DNA of 64,000 nt from an uncultured Bacilli bacterium (GTDB lineage: Bacteria; Bacillota_I; Bacilli_A; RF39; UBA660). Positions 1-8,232 of the stretch are shown here, piece after piece (the first letter of the stretch is position 1; every line of letters begins with the position of its first letter). Under the pieces are notes generated by a model, which had not been told where the DNA came from, searched no databases, and saw only the letters and a list, made by a program, of their open reading frames with translations. The DNA lies in the NCBI GenBank assembly GCA_934086315.1, contig CAKOHZ010000001.1, positions 251,839-315,838 on the forward strand. Reading direction: 5' to 3'. Both the position numbers and the translations under genes were made by a program.

Positions 1-15
1 GAAAGAGAAACTGAA

Positions 16-855
16 GTGTTTTCAGTTAAGCCCAAGTATTATATTTTTTCTGAAGGTGAGGAAACTGAAAGAAAATATTTTAAAAATTTAAATAAATCTA
101 TGCTTTCTAAAAATGTTGAAATTATTAATGTACTTAGAGATTATGCAAAATCTGGTAACAGTAATCCTTCTGATATTATAAATCTAATTGATGAATTATT
201 AATTGTAGATGATGATAAAATTACAATAAAAGAATTAAAAAATAAATTAAGAAATTGGGGTCATGAATGTAATCGTGATATTCAATATATTTTAAATATG
301 ATCGCTTCAACTTATAGAGATAAAAAGGTTTTTAAATATAAAGAATTAAAAAAAATTGTCCTTGAGTTATTTTCTGGGGAAATTTATTCTGATTTATCAA
401 AGAACTTTATGAAATATTTGTTGTGGCAAAATTGTACATTTTCTCCTATAACTGATAAAATATGTCTTGTTGTTGACAGGGACAATAAAAGTTTCTCTAA
501 GGAACAATATAATGAAGTAACTATTTTTTGTAAAAAAAATAATGTTGATTTTTATGTTAGTAACCCATGTTTTGAATTTTGGCTATATCTTCATTTTCGT
601 GAAGTTGAAAAAGAAAACCCAACCATCTTATTAAAAAATAAATATGTTACATCTGATAAAAGATATATCGAGAAAAAATTGAACAAGTTGTGTGGCTATA
701 CAAAGAATAAAATTAATTTTGCATTATTGGAACCAAATATTAAAAAGGCAATTAAACGTGAAAAAAAATATGAAGAAAATATAATTGGCTTGGAAAATAA
801 ACTAGGTACTAATGTCGGTAAGCTAGTAAATGAAATCATAAATGCTAAATATTAA
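16..855 (+). CDS. RloB-like (AbiLii-type, Toprim-like) protein
   Basis: GTG-start ORF at the window edge. 'YYIFSEGEETERKYF', the acidic block 'LVVDRDN' and 'SNPCFEFWLYLHF' match the RloB family signature. The usual partner AAA ATPase (RloA/AbiLi) would lie upstream, off-window. Confidence 0.7.
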   Translation: MFSVKPKYYIFSEGEETERKYFKNLNKSMLSKNVEIINVLRDYAKSGNSNPSDIINLIDELLIVDDDKITIKELKNKLRNWGHECNRDIQYILNMIASTYRDKKVFKYKELKKIVLELFSGEIYSDLSKNFMKYLLWQNCTFSPITDKICLVVDRDNKSFSKEQYNEVTIFCKKNNVDFYVSNPCFEFWLYLHFREVEKENPTILLKNKYVTSDKRYIEKKLNKLCGYTKNKINFALLEPNIKKAIKREKKYEENIIGLENKLGTNVGKLVNEIINAKY

Positions 856-918
856 ATAATCTGTTTTTAAACAACAATATTTTATAAAAGCATAAAGTTT
901 CAATGATATAATAAATAT

Positions 919-1929
919 ATGAATGAATTAATAGAAAAAGTAGTTCTTTATTTAAAAAAAAGAAAGGTAGAATATGATTTTATATTTTTTGAAAAAGAAA
1001 AAAAATATAAAATTTCAAATTCTATTAAAGAAAATAACGCGATAAAATTTATGTGGAAAAAGGATAGTGTAAATAAATTAATATTAGACCTAACAAATGC
1101 TGGATTATCATTAGAACTATCTACTAATAAAAAAGATATAACCGATATCACTATATATAAAATAAAAGATGTAAATTATTATTTAATTATAATATTAGCA
1201 ATTAATTCACACGTTCAATTACCACAACTATTATTAAAAAATTATAGAACTGATAATGATTTATATTACTTAGATATAAAATTAAAAAAAATATTAAAAA
1301 AATCGGTAAAAAAATATAATGCTAAGTTTGGATATTATTCAATATCATTTGAAAATTATTTAAATAAAAACTACGAAAAATTAATCGATAACATAATTAA
1401 AACAATTAAACCTTTTATTAATCAAGAAGTTTCTACAGTAACCATAGATAATCTAACATTAAAAATTAATAAATTATTTTTAATGGCAATTGCACGAAAT
1501 CCAAAATATGTAAAAGAAGTAAATGATGTAAGCACATCTGCTCAATTATTTGAAAATGGTTATAGTACAGAGGACATACTTGTGCTAGGAGAAAGTATAC
1601 AAAATAATTTTATCAGAGGATATAAACCAATTCTTATTGTAAATTATACAAAAAGGAATTTGGTTACATTGAAATCACTTATCTCAAATATAAGTATAGA
1701 TGGTGGAAATAAATGCATGGTAATGTTACTACATCCAAAATTTGCAATTGCATTAATTCCGATTAAATATTATGAAGAAATAATAAAAAAAGAAGGTAAT
1801 CAAACATATTTTAGACTTGATGAAGAAAAAGATTTAATTGAAATGAATAAACAAATATATTACAATGGCAAATTGAATAATGAAGATATTATAGGAATAA
1901 AAAGAGATTTAGAAGAGTTAATAAAATAA
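919..1929 (+). CDS. hypothetical protein, possibly DUF4238-like
   Basis: Long ORF with no competing frame. 'SHVQLPQLLLKNYRT', then 'FGYYSISFENYL' and 'LFLMAIARNPKY', resemble the DUF4238 pattern (H-x-x-P-x-x-x-L-K-N-F ... E ... R-x-P). It carries an extra ~95-aa N-terminus. The family call is tentative. Confidence 0.45.
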   Translation: MNELIEKVVLYLKKRKVEYDFIFFEKEKKYKISNSIKENNAIKFMWKKDSVNKLILDLTNAGLSLELSTNKKDITDITIYKIKDVNYYLIIILAINSHVQLPQLLLKNYRTDNDLYYLDIKLKKILKKSVKKYNAKFGYYSISFENYLNKNYEKLIDNIIKTIKPFINQEVSTVTIDNLTLKINKLFLMAIARNPKYVKEVNDVSTSAQLFENGYSTEDILVLGESIQNNFIRGYKPILIVNYTKRNLVTLKSLISNISIDGGNKCMVMLLHPKFAIALIPIKYYEEIIKKEGNQTYFRLDEEKDLIEMNKQIYYNGKLNNEDIIGIKRDLEELIK

Positions 1930-1990
1930 TCAACTTAAAACATATATTAGCAAAATATATGTTTTTTCATACAATAAATTAGGTGATTAT

Positions 1991-2257
1991 ATGGCTTTGA
2001 AAGGAATTGTTATAGATCCAGGACATGGTGGAACTGATCCTGGGGCAGTCTCTAATGGACTTAAAGAAAAAGATTTCACACTTCGCATTAGTAAGTATAT
2101 GTATGATAGACTAAAAGAATTAGGAGTACCTGTTAGATTAACAAGAGATAGTGATGTAACATTAACTCCAAAAGAAAGAGTAAACAAAGTACAAAGTTTT
2201 TTTGGTGATAGTAAAGATGTAGTAGTTGTTTCTAATCACTTGAATGCAGGAGGAGGC
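1991..2257 (+). pseudogene. N-terminal fragment of an N-acetylmuramoyl-L-alanine amidase (Amidase_3), interrupted by an insertion
   Basis: RBS 'aggtga' precedes the ATG. 'GIVIDPGHGGTDPGA', 'GLKEKD' and 'VVSNHLNAGGG' are Amidase_3 blocks. After GGG the ORF runs into 11 unrelated codons and a stop at 2293. No signal peptide. Confidence 0.85.
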
Positions 2258-2275
2258 AATAATCATTGTGTAACG
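2255..2275. repeat. left terminal inverted repeat of the element (GGCAATAATCATTGTGTAACG)
   Basis: Its reverse complement, CGTTACACAATGATTATTGCC, matches 15072..15092 (CGTTACACTTTGATTATTGCC) at 19 of 21 positions. Confidence 0.8.
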
Positions 2276-2313
2276 ACTATGTATAACGATTAAAGCCAAA
2301 AATATAGTAAGAA

Positions 2314-2664
2314 ATGGAGATTAGTTATAATATGAGTTACACAAAGGATAAAGAATTAATGGATGAAGAAAATATATCAGATAAAGAATTTCAAGAAAAG
2401 TATTTACCTTTCTATGATAATTTTGAAGAGTATATGATTAGATATGTAATACCAGATGCAGTAGCATTTTATATTGCAAATAGTTATTCAAGAGGATGCT
2501 TAGATGATAGTAAACTATATAATCATATTAATTCTGCAGTAGATATTTTTAATTGTAGATGCGATATTGATATTATAATTCCATCCATAGAAAAGATATT
2601 AAATATAAAATATAATCTAAAAATCACTGGTAGAAATCCATTAAAACTGGAAAAATATTATTAA
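2314..2664 (+). CDS. hypothetical protein (116 aa), first gene inside the element
   Basis: ORF from the track with no recognisable motif. Convergent with the ATPase gene and shares a bidirectional terminator with it. Confidence 0.5.
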   Translation: MEISYNMSYTKDKELMDEENISDKEFQEKYLPFYDNFEEYMIRYVIPDAVAFYIANSYSRGCLDDSKLYNHINSAVDIFNCRCDIDIIIPSIEKILNIKYNLKITGRNPLKLEKYY

Positions 2665-2667
2665 ACA

Positions 2668-2698
2668 AAAAAAGATTCAAACTAAACTGAATCTTTTT
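2668..2698. terminator. bidirectional rho-independent terminator
   Basis: Stem aaagattca / tgaatcttt with an 8-nt loop. An A-run precedes it and a T-run follows. It lies between the convergent genes 2314..2664 (+) and 2700..3935 (-). Confidence 0.7.
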
Positions 2699-2699
2699 A

Positions 2700-3935
2700 T
2701 TAATTATTTAAAAAATGTTTTATTTTATTTAAATCGGGATTTTTAATTAACAAATCTTCAATCCAAGCTTTTTCAGGATTTTTATCTTTTGTAATTATAT
2801 TGTTTTTTATAGCGTTACTTATACTAGATATATAATAATTGTTATTTTTATTATTAATATAATATAATTGATCATTTGTCATAGAAAAGGCAACAAATGG
2901 CGAATGTGTTGTAAATATCAATTGAGAAAAATGATTAAAATCCTTTGAAGAATTTAAATTTATTAAAAAATTTACTAGTGTTGGGTGAAGGCTTAATTCT
3001 ATTTCATCAATAAGCAATAAATTATTTTTTTCTAATGCATCTAGAATAATAGATCCTATAACTAATATTTTTCTAGTTCCGTTTGATAATTGAGGAAAAG
3101 TTAAGAAAGTTTTTTTTGAATTCCAAAATAAGATTTTTGGTTTTTTTTCATTTTCATCAAGTGTAACATCAATTATTTTATCATCTGCAATGTTACATAG
3201 TTCAATAAACTTATTACCATGTTTATTAAAGGCTTCAAGCAAATCTACACCTTCACTACCATCCAAATACGATACATGCTTTATCATTTCATTAAAAAAT
3301 GTATTATAATACTTAATTCTATCATCAATATTTTTTTCTTGATTTTTACTATTGTTGTTTTGGTATAACAAAGTAGTAGTTATTTCACTTTCAATAATAT
3401 TATTTGCTAAACAGATAACTTCATTTTTCTTACTGTCAAAATTTTTTTTATACTCTAATTTTTCTAATAAAACGCCGGATTCCTTATAATTGCTTTTGTA
3501 CATTAATGTATAAGTATATATACCTGAAATATTATTTTTCCTTTTTGGTATAAATAATTCTAAAACTATAGTACTTTTATCTTTAGAACGAAGATTATTT
3601 TGTTCTCCAAGCTTTAAAGTATTTATATCTATTAAAAATTTTTTTAATTCTTCTGGTGTCATTCTTTTTATAAAACTATCAAAATCTTTGTTATTCGAAA
3701 TGCTTTTCCTATGAGGAAACAAAAGAAAATCTTGCACAGTTTCTATAGCATTTAATATACTTGTTTTACCACTTGCGTTACTACCAATTATGCATATATT
3801 TTTTAATATCTTTGTTTTTTCAGAAATTTTCGAAATATCATTATTAGAATGTTTAATTTTATTTGATGCAATACAAGAAATATTAATATTATTACTTACA
3901 CCTTTATAGTTGTCTATTTTAATATTTAAAAGCAT
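2700..3935 (-). CDS. AAA_21/ABC-like ATPase (OLD/RloA/PtuA-type ATPase fold), no nuclease partner adjacent
   Basis: Walker A 'GSNASGKTS', signature-like 'LSNGTRKIL', Walker B 'LLLIDEIELSLHP' and 'FTTHSP'. RBS 'gaggtg' lies upstream of the ATG. Confidence 0.75.
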   Translation of the reverse strand: MLLNIKIDNYKGVSNNINISCIASNKIKHSNNDISKISEKTKILKNICIIGSNASGKTSILNAIETVQDFLLFPHRKSISNNKDFDSFIKRMTPEELKKFLIDINTLKLGEQNNLRSKDKSTIVLELFIPKRKNNISGIYTYTLMYKSNYKESGVLLEKLEYKKNFDSKKNEVICLANNIIESEITTTLLYQNNNSKNQEKNIDDRIKYYNTFFNEMIKHVSYLDGSEGVDLLEAFNKHGNKFIELCNIADDKIIDVTLDENEKKPKILFWNSKKTFLTFPQLSNGTRKILVIGSIILDALEKNNLLLIDEIELSLHPTLVNFLINLNSSKDFNHFSQLIFTTHSPFVAFSMTNDQLYYINNKNNNYYISSISNAIKNNIITKDKNPEKAWIEDLLIKNPDLNKIKHFLNN

Positions 3936-4071
3936 AATTACACCTCAAAATAATTATATAATTTTCTGCTACAAAAGTCAATATTATTAGTCAAAAAAGA
4001 CTAGCAATATTTTAAATAAATGTAAATGTGTATTCAAAAATATATTTTGTTAGTTAGAAATGACTTGAAAC

Positions 4072-4100
4072 TTGACAAAATATGCATATTGATATATAAT
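4072..4100 (+). promoter_or_regulatory. consensus sigma-A-type promoter (TTGACA-17 nt-TATAAT)
   Basis: TTGACA at 4072..4077, a 17-nt spacer, then TATAAT at 4095..4100. It lies ~150 nt upstream of the DUF3892 start codon. Confidence 0.6.
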
Positions 4101-4258
4101 GAATGCATACAAGGGTATTTGAGAAGTATTTTACGTATATGAGTTCTTGTATAAAAAAATAGTTTCAGTGAATGTGAAACTATAGGTCCGACACCTGTAG
4201 TAATTGTAGCATATTTTATCTCAAAGTGCAACATTTGAAGAAACAGAAAGGAGGAAAT

Positions 4259-4540
4259 ATGTCTACTTTTATTGCAACAGCAATTAAAATGAAAAATGGA
4301 TGTGCATATTCAAATAGCTTGCTAGAAATTGATCAAATATATCTTTCTAATAGTAAAGATGGATGGTATAAAAAAGCTATTATTCATGATTATGTAAAGT
4401 CGAATCCTAAAAGTATTACTGTAGGATCAAATTATGGTCCATATGTAATACCTGCAATAAGTTCTAACGGTGAAAAGTATGTTAAAAGTACACCTAATAC
4501 TACAACATCGGATAATTTATTAAGCTTGCCTAGAAAATAA
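4259..4540 (+). CDS. DUF3892 domain protein
   Basis: Strong RBS 'aaaggagga' 5 nt before the ATG at 4259; the track's GTG at 4226 is less likely. The C-terminal 'TTSDNLLSLP' and the overall ~90-aa layout match DUF3892. Confidence 0.6.
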   Translation: MSTFIATAIKMKNGCAYSNSLLEIDQIYLSNSKDGWYKKAIIHDYVKSNPKSITVGSNYGPYVIPAISSNGEKYVKSTPNTTTSDNLLSLPRK

Positions 4541-4886
4541 AAATTTACCAGTTTTAAAGAAAAATGCGAAAATATTTGATTAATTATATTTAATGTTTTT
4601 GCATTTTTTTATGGGATTTTGTTAAATTTTGTGGCTATTTTTTATAAAAATTAATAGTATTTTTTGAAAAAAACATTGAGAAAAAATAAAAAAATTACAC
4701 CACTTACAAGAGGTAACTTACTAGTCTTGTACAATATATCAAGCATGGTGTTGACACACCCTTTAATGCTTGTTAGGGAGTATCCCTAAGACCCATATAA
4801 TTAGTATCTGACAGTTACTGAAAATTTATTATTTTTATTGTGTAAATTTTATTTACTCAAATATAATAAAATGATATAATATTGTT

Positions 4887-5489
4887 ATGAAAGTAAATGG
4901 TGATTCTATGACTAATGAAGATAAAATTAAACAGTTTTTAGATGCTAATCATGGATATATATCTACATCAGATTTTTTAAAGCTAAATATTAGTAAACCA
5001 TTAATAAAAAAATATGTTGATAATGGTTTAATATATAAAGTTTCACATGGTTTATATATTGATAGCAATATATTAGTTGATGACGGATATGTTTTTCAAA
5101 AAAGATATCCTGATGCGATATTTTCATATAAGACAGCATTAAGTATGCTAGGTTTAATAAATGAATTGCAAGAAGAAATAGAAATAACTGTTAATAGTAA
5201 GAAAAGAGTATTAAGTAATTATAAAGTGCACTATGTCGCAGATAAATATTATAATATTGGAATTATAGAAATTAATAATATGTTTAATAATCCAATTAAA
5301 GTATATAATGCAGAAAGATGTATTTGTGATATTTTAAAGAGTGATGATTTTGACTTAGAATTACAAAATAATATATTACACGATTATTTTAATAGTAGTG
5401 ATAAAGATATAGATAAATTACTAGAGTATTCTAAAGTGTTTAATATATATGAAAAAGTTAGAACTTTAGTAGATTATGCAGTGAGATAG
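4887..5489 (+). CDS. AbiEi-like (type IV TA antitoxin family) DNA-binding protein
   Basis: N-terminal 'GYISTSDFLKLNISKPLIKKYVDNGLIYKVSHGLY' is an AbiEi_4-type wHTH. 'IFSYKTALSMLGL' and 'AERCICDIL' are also typical. The start could instead be the ATG at 4908. Confidence 0.6.
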   Translation: MKVNGDSMTNEDKIKQFLDANHGYISTSDFLKLNISKPLIKKYVDNGLIYKVSHGLYIDSNILVDDGYVFQKRYPDAIFSYKTALSMLGLINELQEEIEITVNSKKRVLSNYKVHYVADKYYNIGIIEINNMFNNPIKVYNAERCICDILKSDDFDLELQNNILHDYFNSSDKDIDKLLEYSKVFNIYEKVRTLVDYAVR

Positions 5490-5501
5490 GAGGTTAATTA
5501 A

Positions 5502-6338
5502 ATGAGTGAAAAAGAATTGGATTCAAGTAACATTGAATATACAGAAGAAACTAAACCAGAAGGATATGTAAAACAACTAGAGTGGGATATGGCTATAGGT
5601 CTTCAAGAAGTAGATAATTTAAAGCCTTCTAAATATTTAGAAAAATTGTTAGAAGAAAATGTTAGTGGTAATTTAACTATTAAACAAGTAGAAGAAGAAC
5701 TAAGAGAATATTACATTGAAAAAGATAAAAAACAAGAATTAAATCATAATGAATTAGAATGTGATTTTGTATCAACAAGAATTGTTGAATTATTACAAAT
5801 TGATAATTTTGAATTGTCTGTAGATTATTTAAAATACATTCATAAATATTTATTTCAAGATGTTTATGAATTTGCGGGTGAATTTAGAAATATAGATTTT
5901 TCTAAACATGAGAAAATACTTAATAATGATTCAGTTGCTTATGGTGATTGTAAAACATTAAAAGAATCATTAGAATATGATATTTCTTTAGAAAAAGAAA
6001 AGAATTATATAGATATGAGTGTTGTAGAAGTAATAAATAATATTACCAAATTTTCATCTAGTATATGGCAAGTACATCCATTTAGAGAAGGTAATACAAG
6101 AACAACAGCATTATTTATAGAAAAATATCTAATTAGTTTAGGTTTTGAAGTAGATAATACTTTATTTAAAGATAAGTCTGTTTATTTTAGAAATGCATTA
6201 GTAAGGAGTAATTATTTTAATAATTATTTAAATATTAAAGAAGATAGTAGTTATTTAGTTAAATTTTATGAAAATTTGTTGTTAGGTAAAAACAATAATT
6301 TACATTCACAGGATTTAATTGTTAAAGAATTGTTTTAA
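5502..6338 (+). CDS. Fic/DOC family protein with an N-terminal VbhA-like region
   Basis: Fic motif variant '[12 protein letters not shown]' at 6075..6110. The N-terminal '[18 protein letters not shown]' resembles the VbhA/alpha-inh region. RBS 'aggagg' is present. Starts 12 nt after the previous gene. Confidence 0.8.
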   Translation: MSEKELDSSNIEYTEETKPEGYVKQLEWDMAIGLQEVDNLKPSKYLEKLLEENVSGNLTIKQVEEELREYYIEKDKKQELNHNELECDFVSTRIVELLQIDNFELSVDYLKYIHKYLFQDVYEFAGEFRNIDFSKHEKILNNDSVAYGDCKTLKESLEYDISLEKEKNYIDMSVVEVINNITKFSSSIWQVHPFREGNTRTTALFIEKYLISLGFEVDNTLFKDKSVYFRNALVRSNYFNNYLNIKEDSSYLVKFYENLLLGKNNNLHSQDLIVKELF

Positions 6339-6355
6339 GAAATGAGGTAATAATT

Positions 6356-8230
6356 ATGGATTTTGATCAAATGAGTAAAGATGACTTGATTAATTATATA
6401 AAATCATTAAATGAAGAAAAATCAGGCAAGTTGGGACTAATATGGGATAGAGAAAAAGTGCCAGAAGATATTGTTTTGGAATGCAACAAGAAAATTCCTG
6501 TATTAAAAAATATATCTGAAAAGAATATTATAACGTCTAACAATAAATGTAATAATAATAACTTATTGATTGAAGGCGATAATTTTCATAGTTTAAGCGT
6601 TCTATCATATACACATAATGAAAGCATTGATGTTATATATATTGATCCTCCATATAATACAGGGAGTGAAGATTTTGTATATAATGATAAATATGTTAAT
6701 TCAGAAGATGGATATAGACATAGTAAATGGTTGAATTTTATGGATAAAAGGCTTAAAATAGCAAGAAGACTATTAAAACAAGATGGTGTTATTTTTATAT
6801 CTATTGATGATAATGAATATGCACAATTAAAATTATTATGTGATGAAATTTTTGGCGAAAATAATTTGCTTTCTATACACCATATGCAAGTTAGGTATGA
6901 TAATAAAAGTTTGAATGAAGATAATGATTGGCAACCAGTAATGGAATATGTTCTAATATATGCAAAAAGGAAAAATTTATTCAAAGCAAATAAGCACTGC
7001 GAAGAATATGATCTTTCAAAATTTCAATATAAGATTACTGAACTAACTAAAGGTACAACTTTAAAAATAGGTAATAAAACAGTTACTATCTTTAAAGATG
7101 GTGAATGGAAGATAGAAAAAGGTAAAGGGAAAATCGGATTGTTAAAAGAAACTTGGGCATCAGGGAGCATAGTTAGACAAAGCGGCACTGCTGCAGAATT
7201 TTTGTCAAAATATTTGATTAAAAGAAAAGATCAAGATGGTTTAAATGTTTTATATAAAATTCATAATATGGGAGAAGATGGATTAGGATATAGATATGTA
7301 ACTGGTCCAAAGAGACATGATGCCATTCGTGGAAAGTTTTATTCTGGTGTTCCTTTAGAACGAATAAAGGAAATTGAAAATAATGGTTTCTCAAAAAAAA
7401 CAAGGCCTATTTCAAATTACTATGATTTTAGTGCTGATTTTGGAAATATACGAAATGAAGGTGGAATACCATTTAATAATGGCAAAAAACCAATTAAGAT
7501 GTTAAAAGAGTTAATTAATTATCATCCAAATAAAAATGCATTAGTATTGGACTTTTTTGCTGGATCAGGAAGTACTGGACATGCCGTATTAGAATTAAAT
7601 AAAGAAGATGGTGGAGAAAGAAGGTTTATATTATGTACTAATAACGAAATTAGCTTAAAGGACGAAAAAGAATTTAAGAAAAAAAATAATATAAATGATG
7701 AAACTCTGATTGAATATAAGAAAAAAAATAATAAAAAATGGTTGAAATTTATTGAAGAAAAGGGAATTTGTAATTCTATAACATATCCTAGAATTAATAA
7801 TGTGATTAATGGATATAAGAACAAAAAAGGATTAGTTGGGAATTTACTATATTTTAAAACAGAATTCGTTGAAGTTAACGGTTCAAAAGACCAATTATAT
7901 TATGATTTAACTGAAAAATGCATTCCAATGTTGTGTATAAAAGAAAATACTCATGTTTTAGTTAGAAAAGATAACGAATATTGTATATATTCTAATGAAG
8001 AAAAGACAAAATATACTTGTGTCTATTTTGATGCTTTTGGAAATAATTATAATAAATTTATAAATGATATTGAAAATATTTATGAATTTAAGGCATTATA
8101 TATATTTACTTTAGGAAATGAAATAAATCAGAATGAACTAGTCGATGTACACAATTATGAAGTGGAACCAATTCCATATAAAATTTTAGAGTTATATAAT
8201 AAAATAATTGATTTAAGTAGGGAGATATAA
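6356..8230 (+). CDS. mod: Type III restriction-modification DNA methyltransferase (Mod, beta-class N6/N4 MTase)
   Basis: Motif IV '[10 protein letters not shown]' (DPPY at 6644..6655) comes before motif I '[13 protein letters not shown]' (~7550..7579). It is immediately followed by a res-type helicase-nuclease gene. Confidence 0.85.
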   Translation: MDFDQMSKDDLINYIKSLNEEKSGKLGLIWDREKVPEDIVLECNKKIPVLKNISEKNIITSNNKCNNNNLLIEGDNFHSLSVLSYTHNESIDVIYIDPPYNTGSEDFVYNDKYVNSEDGYRHSKWLNFMDKRLKIARRLLKQDGVIFISIDDNEYAQLKLLCDEIFGENNLLSIHHMQVRYDNKSLNEDNDWQPVMEYVLIYAKRKNLFKANKHCEEYDLSKFQYKITELTKGTTLKIGNKTVTIFKDGEWKIEKGKGKIGLLKETWASGSIVRQSGTAAEFLSKYLIKRKDQDGLNVLYKIHNMGEDGLGYRYVTGPKRHDAIRGKFYSGVPLERIKEIENNGFSKKTRPISNYYDFSADFGNIRNEGGIPFNNGKKPIKMLKELINYHPNKNALVLDFFAGSGSTGHAVLELNKEDGGERRFILCTNNEISLKDEKEFKKKNNINDETLIEYKKKNNKKWLKFIEEKGICNSITYPRINNVINGYKNKKGLVGNLLYFKTEFVEVNGSKDQLYYDLTEKCIPMLCIKENTHVLVRKDNEYCIYSNEEKTKYTCVYFDAFGNNYNKFINDIENIYEFKALYIFTLGNEINQNELVDVHNYEVEPIPYKILELYNKIIDLSREI

Positions 8231-8232
8231 TT

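Noticed and set aside
2257-2258. GC as the central crossover dinucleotide (shared by GG-GC-AATAAT on the left and ATTATT-GC-CTGG on the right)
   Set aside because: Joining the host flanks at this GC puts the two amidase halves out of frame. A palindromic dinucleotide would also give no polarity to a serine integrase. The exact crossover is left unresolved.
16-3935. Pairing the RloB gene (16..855) with the AAA_21 ATPase (2700..3935) as one RloA/RloB (AbiL) system
   Set aside because: The genes are on opposite strands and ~1.8 kb apart. Two other genes and the element boundary separate them, with the ATPase inside the insertion and RloB outside. The canonical order is ATPase upstream of RloB on the same strand, so the true partner is probably off-window.
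4034-4234. 66-aa minus-strand ORF and the GTG start at 4226 for the DUF3892 gene
   Set aside because: The minus ORF spans the consensus promoter and structured leader and has no RBS. The ATG at 4259, with its strong RBS, is the better DUF3892 start.
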